A stretch of 63,811 nt of DNA, filler included, from Octopus bimaculoides (taxonomy: Eukaryota): NCBI RefSeq assembly GCF_001194135.2. It is 6 parts of 5 records of this genome, joined end to end, with 100 filler letters (N's around TTAATTAATTAA, not from the genome) between each part and the next. Parts side by side here need not be neighbours in the genome. Positions count along the whole stretch, not along the records: positions 50,492 to 57,726 come from NC_068986.1; positions 57,827 to 60,083 come from NW_026370949.1; positions 60,184 to 61,490 come from NC_068982.1; positions 61,591 to 63,811 come from NW_026323971.1; 2 more parts are not named here. One strand, given 5' to 3'. Position 1 is the stretch's first letter. Each line of letters starts with the position of its first letter. The position numbers and the translations under genes were made by a program. The notes below the pieces were generated by a model that saw only the letters and a program-made list of their open reading frames with translations, was not told the origin of the DNA and ran no database searches. Shown one piece after another: positions 52,190 through 63,811 of this stretch.

Positions 52190-53558
52190 GTAAGTTGAAC
52201 AATTACATTTAATTTCATCATCATCATCATCGACATCGCCGTTGCCATCATCATCATCATCATCAGTGCAACCTCCACCACCATCTTCACCAATGTCTTT
52301 ATCCTTACCAACACCATTAAAGTGACAACAACAACAACCACCATCATCATCGTCATCATCATTGGCAGAATCGATAGAGCGACGGAGAAAACGCTTTACG
52401 ATATTGCGTTTATTTTGCTTTCTGAGTCCAAATCCTTCTGATGTCAACACTGGCGTTTCTCTTTTATAAAATAGCAGTTTCGTACTCGACTATAGTCATT
52501 CCGGGTGTAGCTGCGGATTCGGAAGCAGACAAAGGATCCAGGGTTAAAGAGCGGAGGGGAAGAACCATAGCCCAGTCAGTTTCACAAATTACTGGCGAAG
52601 CTGAAGGAAATGAAAGGTTTGGGGGAGGAGCAGATGGAAAAGCAGCGGAATCAGATTCGAGGAAATGGAACCCCCGTAGAATGGAACTCCGGGGAAATAA
52701 TGCCGGGGTTGGGCTGAAGAGAAAGAGAAAGCAGTTAGTGATGGAACGGACATGAGGCATTAAAGGCGGAGGTCAGTCGGCAGCATGGCGAACGCGAAAG
52801 CAATCGTTGTTGATAATTGTTAGGGTTGAGGTGTGACATGTGGGGTGACGAGCCATGCGTAGATTTTAAAGATGGAGTCGTAGCAGTAGAGGAGATGGAG
52901 AAGGATAAGTGGGGGAAGTGATGGGGTTTGAAAAGACAGGCAGAAATATGGTGGAGCTGAGGTGAAAACGGAGATGACCAGGTTGAAAGTTAACAGATGT
53001 AATTGAGAAAATAGATGGGAATTCTAGTGCAAGGTGGAGGGAGTTAAGAAAAGTGAAGAAGGACTTGAACTCTCTTTTTTTTCTACTCTAGGCACAAGGC
53101 CCGAAATGTTTGGGGAGGATGGGCCAGTCGATTAGATCGACTGGTACTTAATTTATCGACCCCGAAAGGATGAAAGGCAAAGTCGACCTCGACGCAATTT
53201 GAACTCAGAACGAAACAGCAGACGAAATACCGCTAAGCTTTTCGTCCGGCGTGCTAACAATTCTAATCTCGTTCGTTCAATATTTTGTAGAGGGAATGTA
53301 AAATATGCACACATTTTTGTGCTGGCCGCTCCTTGATTAGCTTCTCATCCCTCCACCACCACTCGCCCTCTTATCACACTACTGTCTATTGACCGTGCCG
53401 TTTATAAGTGGATACGTGTACATAGATACATACATACATATAATGCTATATGTATGTTGGTAGTTATACACATATATATTATGTACAAATGCAAGTATGT
53501 ATATACGTATATTTGCATTTATATACGCACGTATATCCGTATGGTGTAGAAAACAAAG

Positions 53559-53816
53559 TGGGTTGGTGCATAATTATTGCGGCTTTTTTTCAACAAATTT
53601 CATACAACAACAACAATAACAATATTTAACAAAAACATATTTAAATGGCGGTCTGGCCGTCTGCCAAGCAAATGGGAAGCAGTGATTGAAGTCGATGGTG
53701 AATATGCTCCGGAATAATCATTTAAAGATGTTTTTGGTACATGTTGTTATTGGTTTTGTCGAATAAAATTTGTTGAAAAAAAAAAAAAGCCGCAATAATT
53801 ATGCACCAACCTAATA
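53559..53816 (+). mobile_element. Mariner-derived MITE retaining the transposase C-terminus
   Basis: TIR gggttggtgcataattattgcggc / gccgcaataattatgcaccaacc; internal GRLPSKWEAVIEVDGEY resembles the mariner C-terminal motif. Confidence 0.8.
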
Positions 53817-54247
53817 TATGTATGTATGTATGTATNNNNNNNNNNNNNNNNNNNNNNNNNNNNNNNNNNNNNNNNNNNNNNNNNNNNNNNNNNNNNNNNN
53901 NNNNNNNNNNNNNNNNNNNNNNNNNNNNNNNNNNNNNNNNNNNNNNNNNNNNNNNNNNNNNNNNNNNNNNNNNNNNNNNNNNNNNNNNNNNNNNNNNNNN
54001 NNTATATATATGCGCGCGCGCACGTAGATATACATATAGAGTGGTGGTGGGGGCGGCTAGGGTGCGCATGTGTACGTCTGGCGTCTGTACAAAGCTACAA
54101 ATAATGTTTGATGAAATAAAAGGAATGCCTAAGTAAGGAAGTGGTAATTGTTTATTCTTGTATCTAATGGAATAGTTTGAAATCAATCAAGTGGAGCCAA
54201 AGATTAGCTGCTGCTGCTGCTGCTGCTGCTGCCGGTGGTACTGGTGC

Positions 54248-54280
<33 letters not shown>

Positions 54281-54435
54281 CTTCTACGGCGCTACGACTC
54301 ATAAAAGTCGGTCGCCCGGTTTCCCTGACGTATAAATGACCGAAATCCAAAGATTCTCCTCAGAGAGCAGAGAGTCAGAACGATTACCGCAAGGCATTCA
54401 ATCCAATGCTCTAACGCTCCTGCCTATTGTCTGCT

Positions 54436-54466
<31 letters not shown>

Positions 54467-54683
54467 CGCACACACACGTTCACACACAGAAGCGCGCGTG
54501 TGTGTGTGTCTATTCACTGTCGCTGCATCATATGTGTATATATGTGGGGATATGTGTATACGTAAGCGCACACAGTTTTTTTCTACGTTTAATTCTAATG
54601 ATTTTATTTGTTTTAATCTTTTGTTGATATTTTGTATGGTTTTTTTTTCTGGTTTTACTTTTTTTTAATATTTGTGGTGAATG

Positions 54684-54729
<46 letters not shown>

Positions 54730-56272
54730 CGTAGAAAGCCGGACTCGGAGAATCAAGCGGAATCGACCCCACTTCCAGCAGAGGAACCGACTCTCACGCC
54801 ACACACTAATTAAATCACCAAGTTACCGCGATACGCATCTGAAGATCACATTTCTCTCAGTATTTGGGAATAAATGACGTCACACTACAAACGTAATCCA
54901 TAGATCAGTGCAGTTCGCATAATCAAGATGGCTGCCACAGACCTTGTACCTCACAGGTTTTTTTAATAAAGTATCTCTAGTGAATCCATCTCTCTCTCCC
55001 CACATGACTAACCATCTTTCGTTATCCAGAATTCTCTCAATCCATCTGTTTACCGTGAAGTCACGTGTCCTAGTGGTTACGGTGGTGCAGTCAAGATTGC
55101 AAGATCAGGGTCTCGATTCACGAACCGGGCGATGTGTTATGTTCTTAAAGAAAACATTTCGTTTCAGGTTGCCCCAGTCCACTCGGCTGTAAACCTTGCA
55201 GTCGATTGGCGTCCCGTTCATGGTGGGGATGGGGTTGTTCACTTCTCGGTCACTCAGTCACCATGGGAACCGAGTAACTGGCCCCATGAGTCCGACGACT
55301 CGAGACTATACTTACTTTACTCATCTATTTACCTCCGCCCCGTGAAGACACGTCACCTAATGAGCAGAGCATTCGGTTCGTGATCATAAAGTCGTGAGTT
55401 CAACTCCTGGACTGGGTACAGCGTTACTTCATCAAACACTGCCGCAATCTACTCAGCAGTAATAATAAGTACCATCGGGTGTAGGGAGGTACTGATGCTT
55501 CCCTCCTTCACCCTCCAGCTGCCACAACTCCGACATTCCTCTGTATCTACCGTGAGAGGATCAAAACGCTGTCCATGTCTGCTCTCCACTAAATAATTAA
55601 TCAAAATAATTAATCAATCATTGATACATTCCACCAAATCTTGCTCGTTCGCCAGTGACGGCTTGCTTTACATTACCTCCATTAAGCCATCAACTGCCAA
55701 ATTTTTTCATTCATATTTTTTGGCTTTGCCAATTGTCTTAGGAGTTAAAATAATATATCGTATTTAAATATTCTTCGTGTGTGAATTATTTTGGAAATTA
55801 TGATAAATTTTTCGAAAAGTCTCAAATGAAGATCACTGAAAAAAGGATATTTATCCTTTTCTATTCAATTGCAATAATAAACATTTTAGTTTCTTTGAAA
55901 CTATAATATCAAATGTGAATGTGTATGAAATATCAATGAACGATATAGATGGGAAATGCGAAGCAAAATACCTTTTCAAAACAGTCAATATTTTGTAGTT
56001 CGAAAAATTGCGATTTATGACCTAAAATGTCCTCTGGAATTAACCAGAGCTAATAACGACAAACTTTAATTACTAAATATTATTAAACACGCCACTGCAA
56101 ATGTGATGTCCATTAAGCAATTCAATTTAAATACAACGAACAACCGGCAGAGAGACTATTTTTTAGCAGATCCCCAAATGGGGCTCATAGCAGGCAATGG
56201 GTTAAGCAATCTATACTCCTGTGTGTACCTTCACTTAACTATCTGCTGTTCTGTCTGTCTGTATGTCCACAG

Positions 56273-56401
56273 TTCGGAGGATTGGAAAGTTTGATGACAG
56301 GATTCACAGATGAAGTATCGTTGATACGGCGTCATCGCGAAGCGTTCGTGGCCATCCTAATATCAGCGTTGTTCTTGCTGTCTCTACCGACTACAACCTA
56401 T
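56273..56401 (+). CDS. SLC6 SERT-like exon, FGGLESLMTGFTDEVSLIRRHREAFVAILISALFLLSLPTTTY (TM8-TM9)
   Basis: FGGLE and RHRE motifs; cacag acceptor, gtaagt donor; 129 bp; phase continuous. Confidence 0.93.
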
Positions 56402-56676
56402 GTAAGTAGCTTTTCATTATCATTGGTGTTGTTGCTATTGTTGTTGTTGTGGTAGTGGTGGTGGTGGTGATGTGGTAGTGTCAGTGGTGGTATGGGAAGT
56501 AGTATGTCTGTATTAGTGGTGGTGGTGGCAGCGGTGGTATTGGTGGTGGTGGTCGTGATGGTGGTGGTAGTAATAGCAGTAGTAGTAGTAGTAGCAACAG
56601 CAGTAGTGGTTGTTGTAGTAGTGGTGGTGGCAGTGGTGGTTGTAGCGGTGGTGGTGGTGGTAGTAGTAGTGGTCGA

Positions 56677-56746
<70 letters not shown>

Positions 56747-57053
56747 TTTATGACATAGTTATGTGGTGGTGAAGTAGTATGGCGCATTGGTGTGTAGTAG
56801 AGGTGGTGGTGTATGTGGTGTAGCGGTGTGACGGTAGTAGTCATAGTACCAGTGGTGTTATTTGTGTTTGTAGTGTGATGGAGGCGTGGTGGTGTCTTTG
56901 GTAATTGTGATGCGGTGGTATTGGAAGTAGTGTGGGAGTTCGCTGGTGATAATGAAAACGGTAATGAAACCGTTTGTGTTTGTTTGTTTTTGTTGTTGCT
57001 TGCACACCTTAATTGCTTTAACTAATCATCCGTATATTTCTGTCTCTACCCAG

Positions 57054-57153
57054 GGTGGACAATACGTGGTACAACTACTGGACAGCCATGCAGGCTCTTT
57101 CTCGCTGCTTTTCATTTGTTTTGCCGAACTGATAGCGGTCCAGTGGTGCTACG
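57054..57153 (+). CDS. SLC6 SERT-like exon, GGQYVVQLLDSHAGSFSLLFICFAELIAVQWCYG (TM10)
   Basis: GGxYVxxLLD...ExxxVxWxYG motif; cccag acceptor, gtgagt donor; 100 bp. Confidence 0.93.
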
Positions 57154-57726
57154 GTGAGTAATATGAATCAGAAAAAGATATTCCTGACCCCTCGACGGCT
57201 ATTATGAGTTCCTTGAGTGGGACCCTTATGTGACCCCTTCACTACTATAGTGAGTTACTTGAATAGGATCCTAGAATTTATTATGACTTAAGAAAATAAG
57301 AGCAGCGTTCATGATACTTTTTAGGGTCTCTGAGAGCGATGACGCAAAAGGAGTGAGCTATTTTCAAACGGGAGACCCGGACCCAATGCTTGCACCCAAC
57401 TCTGAATTAACCATTAAGCAAAACAAGCACGTGCTTATGGCATCAAGGGATGGGTGGGGTGTCAGGGGAGGGATGGGTCATCACAGAAATGGTAAATACT
57501 TTACAGCACCCAAGAAATCACTTTAAACTTGCTAAAAGAATAATCGAAGTAGTTTTTATGATGGGAAATATAATTTCAAAGTGTTCGTGATATCATAGTG
57601 AGGTTCTATATCAAAGACTTTGCAATTAAAAAGAAATAAAAGTAGGAGAAAACTCTTCAGATATAAATAAAGTGGAAGCATGCAAAGATAATCATTATTT
57701 TTCATCTTCTGAAGACAGCGAGCTGG

Positions 57727-57826
57727 NNNNNNNNNNNNNNNNNNNNNNNNNNNNNNNNNNNNNNNNNNNNTTAATTAATTAANNNNNNNNNNNNNNNNNN
57801 NNNNNNNNNNNNNNNNNNNNNNNNNN
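57727..57826. other. Artificial scaffold linker
   Basis: Same 100-bp structure. Confidence 0.9.
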
Positions 57827-58578
57827 CTGGGCACGGAAAGCAACGAACTCACCGAAAAATAATTAGTGCGAAGGAAAAGAGGACGATGACTTTCGTCGTA
57901 TAACGAACATGAAGGAAGGAGAGGATTTTAAGAATGTGTGACCTAGGTGAAGTTATCGGTAAGAAAGACAGGATGAGGGAAATATTGATATTGGCTAACA
58001 AGCATCAGCAAAAGAGCGTAAGAATGGTGTTGAATAGAGAAAAAGTGAGAGAGAGATAGAAAGAAAGATAATGAAAGAGGATAAGGAAGAGTAAATAGAA
58101 ATGAAAGCATGTTGAATAAGAGGGGCAGAAAGAAAGATAGAGGGAAGAAAAATGTGACTGAGAATAAGAGAGAGAGAGAGAAAGGAGAAAGGAAAAGAAT
58201 GAGCTAGCTAGGAGGGAAGGAAAATAATGTATTCATAGCACGAAAGAAAAATTATTTATAGATGAGCGATAATAGGCTGTTGTGTACTCCAGAAATGAAT
58301 ATAGTGAAAATCAATCTGAAACATGGAAACGATTAACTGAAAAGGACAATTAAACATGGAAATCCTCTCGTCAGCCATAGAAACCAGAATCAGTATAGTT
58401 TCAGTGCGTTTAAAGTCCGGAAACTTTACTCCCATCGTGCTACTCCGTAACTGCACCAGTTATTGTAAACATCATTGAGAAGATGGACATTATAAAGAGA
58501 AAAAAATTATAATATTGAGAGCAACAACATATAAGTGAGATGCTAATTAATTTAATATGTCGATCAATATCATTTTCA

Positions 58579-60083
58579 TCAATATATGATCGGTGAGGAT
58601 AACATTGCTAAAAACAAATAATAATCAAAGGCAAGGGCTACAACCCAAAATAAAGAAATGGAAANNNNNNNNNNNNNNNNNNNNNNNNNNNNNNNNNNNN
58701 NNNNNNNNNNNNNNNNNNNNNNNNNNNNNNNNNNNNNNNNNNNNNNNNNNNNNNNNNNNNNNNNNNNNNNNNNNNNNNNNNNNNNNNNNNNNNNNNNNNN
58801 NNNNNNNNNNNNNNNNNNNNNNNNNNNNNNNNNNNNNNNNNNNNNNNNNNNNNNNNNNNNNNNNNNNNNNNNNNNNNNNNNNNNNNNNNNNNNNNNNNNN
58901 NNNNNNNNNNNNNNNNNNNNNNNNNNNNNNNNNNNNNNNNNNNNNNNNNNNNNNNNNNNNNNNNNNNNNNNNNNNNNNNNNNNNNNNNNNNNNNNNNNNN
59001 NNNNNNNNNNNNNNNNNNNNNNNNNNNNNNNNNNNNNNNNNNNNNNNNNNNNNNNNNNNNNNNNNNNNNNNNNNNNNNNNNNNNNNNNNNNNNNNNNNNN
59101 NNNNNNNNNNNNNNNNNNNNNNNNNNNNNNNNNNNNNNNNNNNNNNNNNNNNNNNNNNNNNNNNNNNNNNNNNNNNNNNNNNNNNNNNNNNNNNNNNNNN
59201 NNNNNNNNNNNNNNNNNNNNNNNNNNNNNNNNNNNNNNNNNNNNNNNNNNNNNNNNNNNNNNNNNNNNNNNNNNNNNNNNNNNNNNNNNNNNNNNNNNNN
59301 NNNNNNNNNNNNNNNNNNNNNNNNNNNNNNNNNNNNNNNNNNNNNNNNNNNNNNNNNNNNNNNNNNNNNNNNNNNNNNNNNNNNNNNNNNCCGGAAGAAA
59401 GAGCTGGAAGATCTTTAAAGCAATTGTACTGACAATCGGTTGAACAATAGATATAATTCCGACGTAACGTCCACGCTTAATAGAATCAAAGCAAAACGGT
59501 GAATTGAAATGGTATAATGTTTCAATGCTCCATAGTCCATATAAACTTTGACTTAATGTTATGAAACAGATAATGCACAAAATAAATTTCACCCGTGAAT
59601 ATTTATTTTGGTACTTGTCAGTTTTTAAATAAAATTTCAAAACACGTCTCATACTTTTACCAAGTTTCAGATCTGACCATTTCCCCCGTGTTTTCACTGT
59701 TTCCTTCGCGAAAACTAGCAATAATAGCACGAGAACTATTTTAAATATTAAAGAGCTAACTGTCGGCCAGAGAAATCCAAAAGCACGAATAAAATAACCT
59801 GTAGCAAAGTTAACAACACCATAGAATAAATAAGACAGGTTTCCCACAATGACAAGAAAGGTTCCCCGGAGACGTCCCTTTGCAGTTAGATCTACTGTAT
59901 ATACGAACGCTAGAAGAGTATTAACGAAATAACCTCCAGAAATCCCTTCTAGAAAAAATCCTATAAGAAGATAACGTGTTGGCAATTTCCAGTGCATTAC
60001 TGCTATGTAGACGGCACACCTTGCTGCAAAACCTAACATATTATAAGCAATGACCGGTTTTCGGCCAAGAACATCGGTCCAAC
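58579..60083 (-). CDS. SLC46-family (PCFT/SLC46A3-like) MFS transporter, partial; 726-N gap at 58665-59390; 5' end cut by linker
   Basis: Open frame WTDVLGRKP (MFS motif A)...AFVYTVD...KETV...LYHFNSPFCFDS with multiple hydrophobic segments; the frame after the gap is uncertain. Confidence 0.8.
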
Positions 60084-60183
60084 NNNNNNNNNNNNNNNNN
60101 NNNNNNNNNNNNNNNNNNNNNNNNNNNTTAATTAATTAANNNNNNNNNNNNNNNNNNNNNNNNNNNNNNNNNNNNNNNNNNNN
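60084..60183. other. Artificial scaffold linker
   Basis: Same 100-bp structure; truncates the SLC46-like ORF. Confidence 0.9.
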
Positions 60184-61490
60184 TATATATAAAACGATAT
60201 TTTTATTTAATGAAAAAAGGCCGACCTGTGTTTACTTTATGCAATTAATCTATTTAAACTTAGATTGCTAGAAAAATTTGCTATTAAACAAACCATTTAT
60301 CACCTGTGGATTTTCTGCGGATAACCTTTAGCTTATTCAAATTCATGAAATGAGTTGCTTCAATAAGAAAAGGAATTTCAGGTGTTTTTCTTTTCTATCA
60401 CCGGATATTCTTATATTTCTAATTCATTGAAAACATACAATGGTTTCAAATTTTTGTACAAGTTCAGTAATTTTAATGGAAAGATGAAATAGATTACATC
60501 ATCTCTGTGCTCAACTATTACGTATTTTATCGACTTAGACAGTGGACTCAGTATGTAAAGTGGACTCAGTATGTAAAGAGCTGGAAGAAATGCTGTTATA
60601 CATCCTTTCCATTTCGGTAACAAGTCTGCTCGATCGTCACCTTATAAAGCGATAGATAAACTGAATAGTTCTACTGCCACTATTACTAGAGATACAAACG
60701 CTGTCATTTTGATTCTTTTATATCTTGCATCTTAATAATCTACCTTCTCAGCTTTGAACTATTCCAAATTTACCCACCAATATATTTAATTTTTTTTTAT
60801 TAGATTTAAGCTTGAAATTACTACTTCTTCATTTAGGTTTTATGCACTTTTTATTTTGTTTGTAAGTTATCCATTTATTATTCAATCCTATTAACCAACC
60901 TGCACTAAAGGAATTTATTTGGGTTGCGGAGCAGTTCTCTATACAGAATATTTGTTGCAAAACCAACCATGACGTTAAATTTCCCTTTCTATTATGTTCT
61001 TAACTTTGTAACACGACAGAAATTCTTGATACCAATTAAAAGCAAGTCTTCAAAACATACTCCCATAAATAAAAACACTGGACTCCAATTAACAGTAGCC
61101 CTTCAAACATACGCTAATAAATTAAAGCACACAACCCATCATTATAAACAACATTTATCAATTGCACTATTTAACCCACACGAAGGTTACAGTTAGACTA
61201 GTGACATGGGTTCTTCCTTGGCGTCATCCTCTCCGGTGGCCATTGTCTACAACTAACCAGAGAGCTCTTTCAAATACTTTTTTATTTAATTTTTAGAATA
61301 CCCTTTATTACACTTTACTTACTCATATATTTCTTTTTCCTTTCTTCACTTTTACCTTTATTCATCCAAATATTTGTCCACTTGATATACATACATATAT
61401 ACATACATACATGCAAACATACATACATACGTACATACATACATACATACATATATATGTATATATATGTATATATATATATATATATAT

Positions 61491-61590
61491 NNNNNNNNNN
61501 NNNNNNNNNNNNNNNNNNNNNNNNNNNNNNNNNNTTAATTAATTAANNNNNNNNNNNNNNNNNNNNNNNNNNNNNNNNNNNNNNNNNNNN
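61491..61590. other. Artificial scaffold linker
   Basis: Same 100-bp structure. Confidence 0.9.
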
Positions 61591-61697
61591 ATACATATAT
61601 ATACATATATATATATATAAATGTAGATAGATAGATAGATACATACATACACATATATAGACTGATGGGTGCGCGAGCACACACATCTATGTATGCA

Positions 61698-61904
61698 CAG
61701 TACTCCTTTGACTATCGCAGGTTTTACGTTCCAAAACCTTATACAGAAATAATTAAAATATAAAAGAAAATATAGACAACCCTCGGACGCAGAAACCCGG
61801 ATATACTGAGAAGTCCGCGATATAAGTTTACATATATCAACCAAGAAAACCCGCGATGTACTGAGTGCGCGATAGATGAACCACGATATGGTGAGGGATT
61901 ACTG
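61698..61904. mobile_element. pogo/Tigger-like MITE
   Basis: Ends cagtactcc / gggattactg-TA; homologous to 29392-29597. Confidence 0.7.
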
Positions 61905-62120
61905 TATATTGTTTCTTATGGAGGGGGGGATGTTTAAAGAGCGGAAAGTAGGAAAAAAAGAAATGTTAAAAAGGTAATAAGAAAAAGAAATATATAAGAC
62001 TCATCATTATTATGAAAATCACCTCTATGTAGGTAGTGATGATCATTATGTCTAATCACAGCCACAACCCTCATTATCTTCACTCGCGCCATCGTTATAG
62101 CCGTCGTTAACAACGTCTTT

Positions 62121-62159
<39 letters not shown>

Positions 62160-63270
62160 TATCATCATCATCATCATCATCACCACCATCATCATCATCA
62201 TCACCACCCCACCACCACCAACACCACCACCATCATTATCAGCACCAGCACCAGCACCACCACCACCAGCACCACCACCACTACCACCACCACCACCACC
62301 ACCACCAGCACCACCANNNNNNNNNNNNNNNNNNNNNNNNNNNNNNNNNNNNNNNNNNNNNNNNNNNNNNNNNNNNNNNNNNNNNNNNNNNNNNNNNNNN
62401 NNNNNNNNNNNNNNNNNNNNNNNNNNNNNNNNNNNNNNNNNNNNNNNNNNNNNNNNNNNNNNNNNNNNNNNNNNNNNNNNNNNNNNNNNNNNNNNNNNNN
62501 NNNNNNNNNNNNNNNNNNNNNNNNNNNNNNNNNNNNNNNNNNNNNNNNNNNNNNNNNNNNNNNNNNNNNNNNNNNNNNNNNNNNNNNNNNNNNNNNNNNN
62601 NNNNNNNNNNNNNNNNNNNNNNNNNNNNNNNNNNNNNNNNNNNNNNNNNNNNNNNNNNNNNNNNNNNNNNNNNNNNNNNNNNNNNNNNNNNNNNNNNNNN
62701 NNNNNNNNNNNNNNNNNNNNNNNNNNNNNNNNNNNNNNNNNNNNNNNNNNNNNNNNNNNNNNNNNNNNNNNNNNNNNNNNNNNNNNNNNNNNNNNNNNNN
62801 NNNNNNNNNNNNNNNNNNNNNNNNNNNNNNNAAGACGAAAACAAATAACAATAGAAAGACAAAGATGAAACAAAAACACACAAAACAAAACAAAACAAAA
62901 AAAAAATAGGCAAAGCAAGTGAAATAAATGAAACAATGAAAACAAGATGCCGGGCAAAACAAAATAAAACTGGAACATTAAGAGGCTTAGACGATATAGA
63001 AAACAGTTCGAAAAAAAAATGACCAGAACAATAATATATATTGTATGTATATATTTCTCATTTATTCATGGTTCATGCTAGAAAGTTGGTCACGTAAGTA
63101 GTGTTTGATTTTTCTTTGTTAGTCATTCTGTGATAGTCCATAACATTCGAATTTCTTTCTACTCGAAAAAGGGAGAATTGGATAAAGCAATGAATGCTTT
63201 AGACACTTAGAAATTCTTTTGCATTCTCATACAAGCTCGATTCCTATGACTTTATTTAGTATTTGGAAAT

Positions 63271-63487
63271 ATTCTTTTCTACCCTAGGCACAAGGCCCGA
63301 TTTGGAGGAGGGGTGAGGGCAGTCGATTAGATTGATCCCAGTAACGCAACTGGTACTAAAATTTATCGACCCTGAAAGGATAAAAGGCAAAGTCAACCTC
63401 GGCGGAATTTGAACTCAGAACGTAAAGACAGACGAAATACCGCTAAGCATTTCGCCCGGCGTGCTAACGTTTCTGCCACTCATTGCC
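63271..63487 (-). mobile_element. SINE family F. Other copies at about 13295-13450, 15705-15885, 15905-16112, 24005-24195, 53078-53262
   Basis: Shared core gagttcaaattccgccgaggttgactttgcc..catcctttc.gggtcgataaatt..gtaccag. Confidence 0.8.
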
Positions 63488-63811
63488 AGAATTTGGAAAT
63501 ATTGTGCGAGAACAACAGTTGCTCTGATTTATGTACAGCTCTTTTTCAAATACAAAGAAAAGTTCGAAAACATACTTGCCTTAATATAGCAAGTAAAGCT
63601 GAATGGGGCAGATCTACAATTATGAGTTCTCAGATCTGCAAAGGTGAAATGCTATCACTTTCGAAATTATTGATTAAGCAGTGGTTGACTTCAGCCCCTT
63701 TATATGTGACTGTCCTTGACTCAGTGGCTGCAGAATCGGTCATGGTCTTGATAAACAAATGATAGCTGAAACATATGAGTGTATGCGTGTATGTGTATGC
63801 GATTCATGTAT

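Noticed and set aside
52441-52755. 104-aa plus-strand ORF and the overlapping 98-aa minus-strand ORF
   Set aside because: No recognisable motif; inside an SLC6 intron; probably a repeat-derived GC-richer patch
55281-55306. cat-GAGTC[cgac]GACTC-gagac hairpin
   Set aside because: Lacks CUGA and GAAA; lies in a SINE tail
49133-57153. SLC6 gene nested in or fused to DPYD
   Set aside because: An artificial linker at 50392-50491 separates them; adjacency unsupported
58256-58500. Possible further SLC46 C-terminal exon
   Set aside because: All minus-strand frames are short or lack family motifs

Overview
AT-rich, microsatellite-dense animal genomic DNA. The repeat landscape suggests a coleoid cephalopod, probably Octopus (inference). 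The window is a concatenation: five identical 100-bp linkers (44 N + TTAATTAATTAA + 44 N) split it into six segments, so gene adjacency across them is unproven. Three protein-coding loci are recognisable. (1) Ten exons of dihydropyrimidine dehydrogenase (DPYD, + strand, 34465-49132), whose lengths match human exons 4-12 and 14; exon 13 is probably in an N gap. (2) Four exons of a serotonin-transporter-like SLC6 gene (+ strand, 50718-57153). (3) A partial SLC46/MFS transporter ORF (- strand, 58579-60083). The rest is SINEs, RTE and CR1/L2-group LINE 3' ends, mariner/pogo/piggyBac-type MITEs and simple repeats. The most interesting signal is a retroposed foldback element at four loci. It has head-to-head tRNA-like Pol III heads, each arm carries a minimal type I hammerhead-ribozyme fold, it has one fixed terminus, and three loci show 12-17 bp target-site duplications. 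A second repeat family carries the same hammerhead fold with a CUGU(U/G)GA core variant. No ribozyme activity can be shown from sequence alone.
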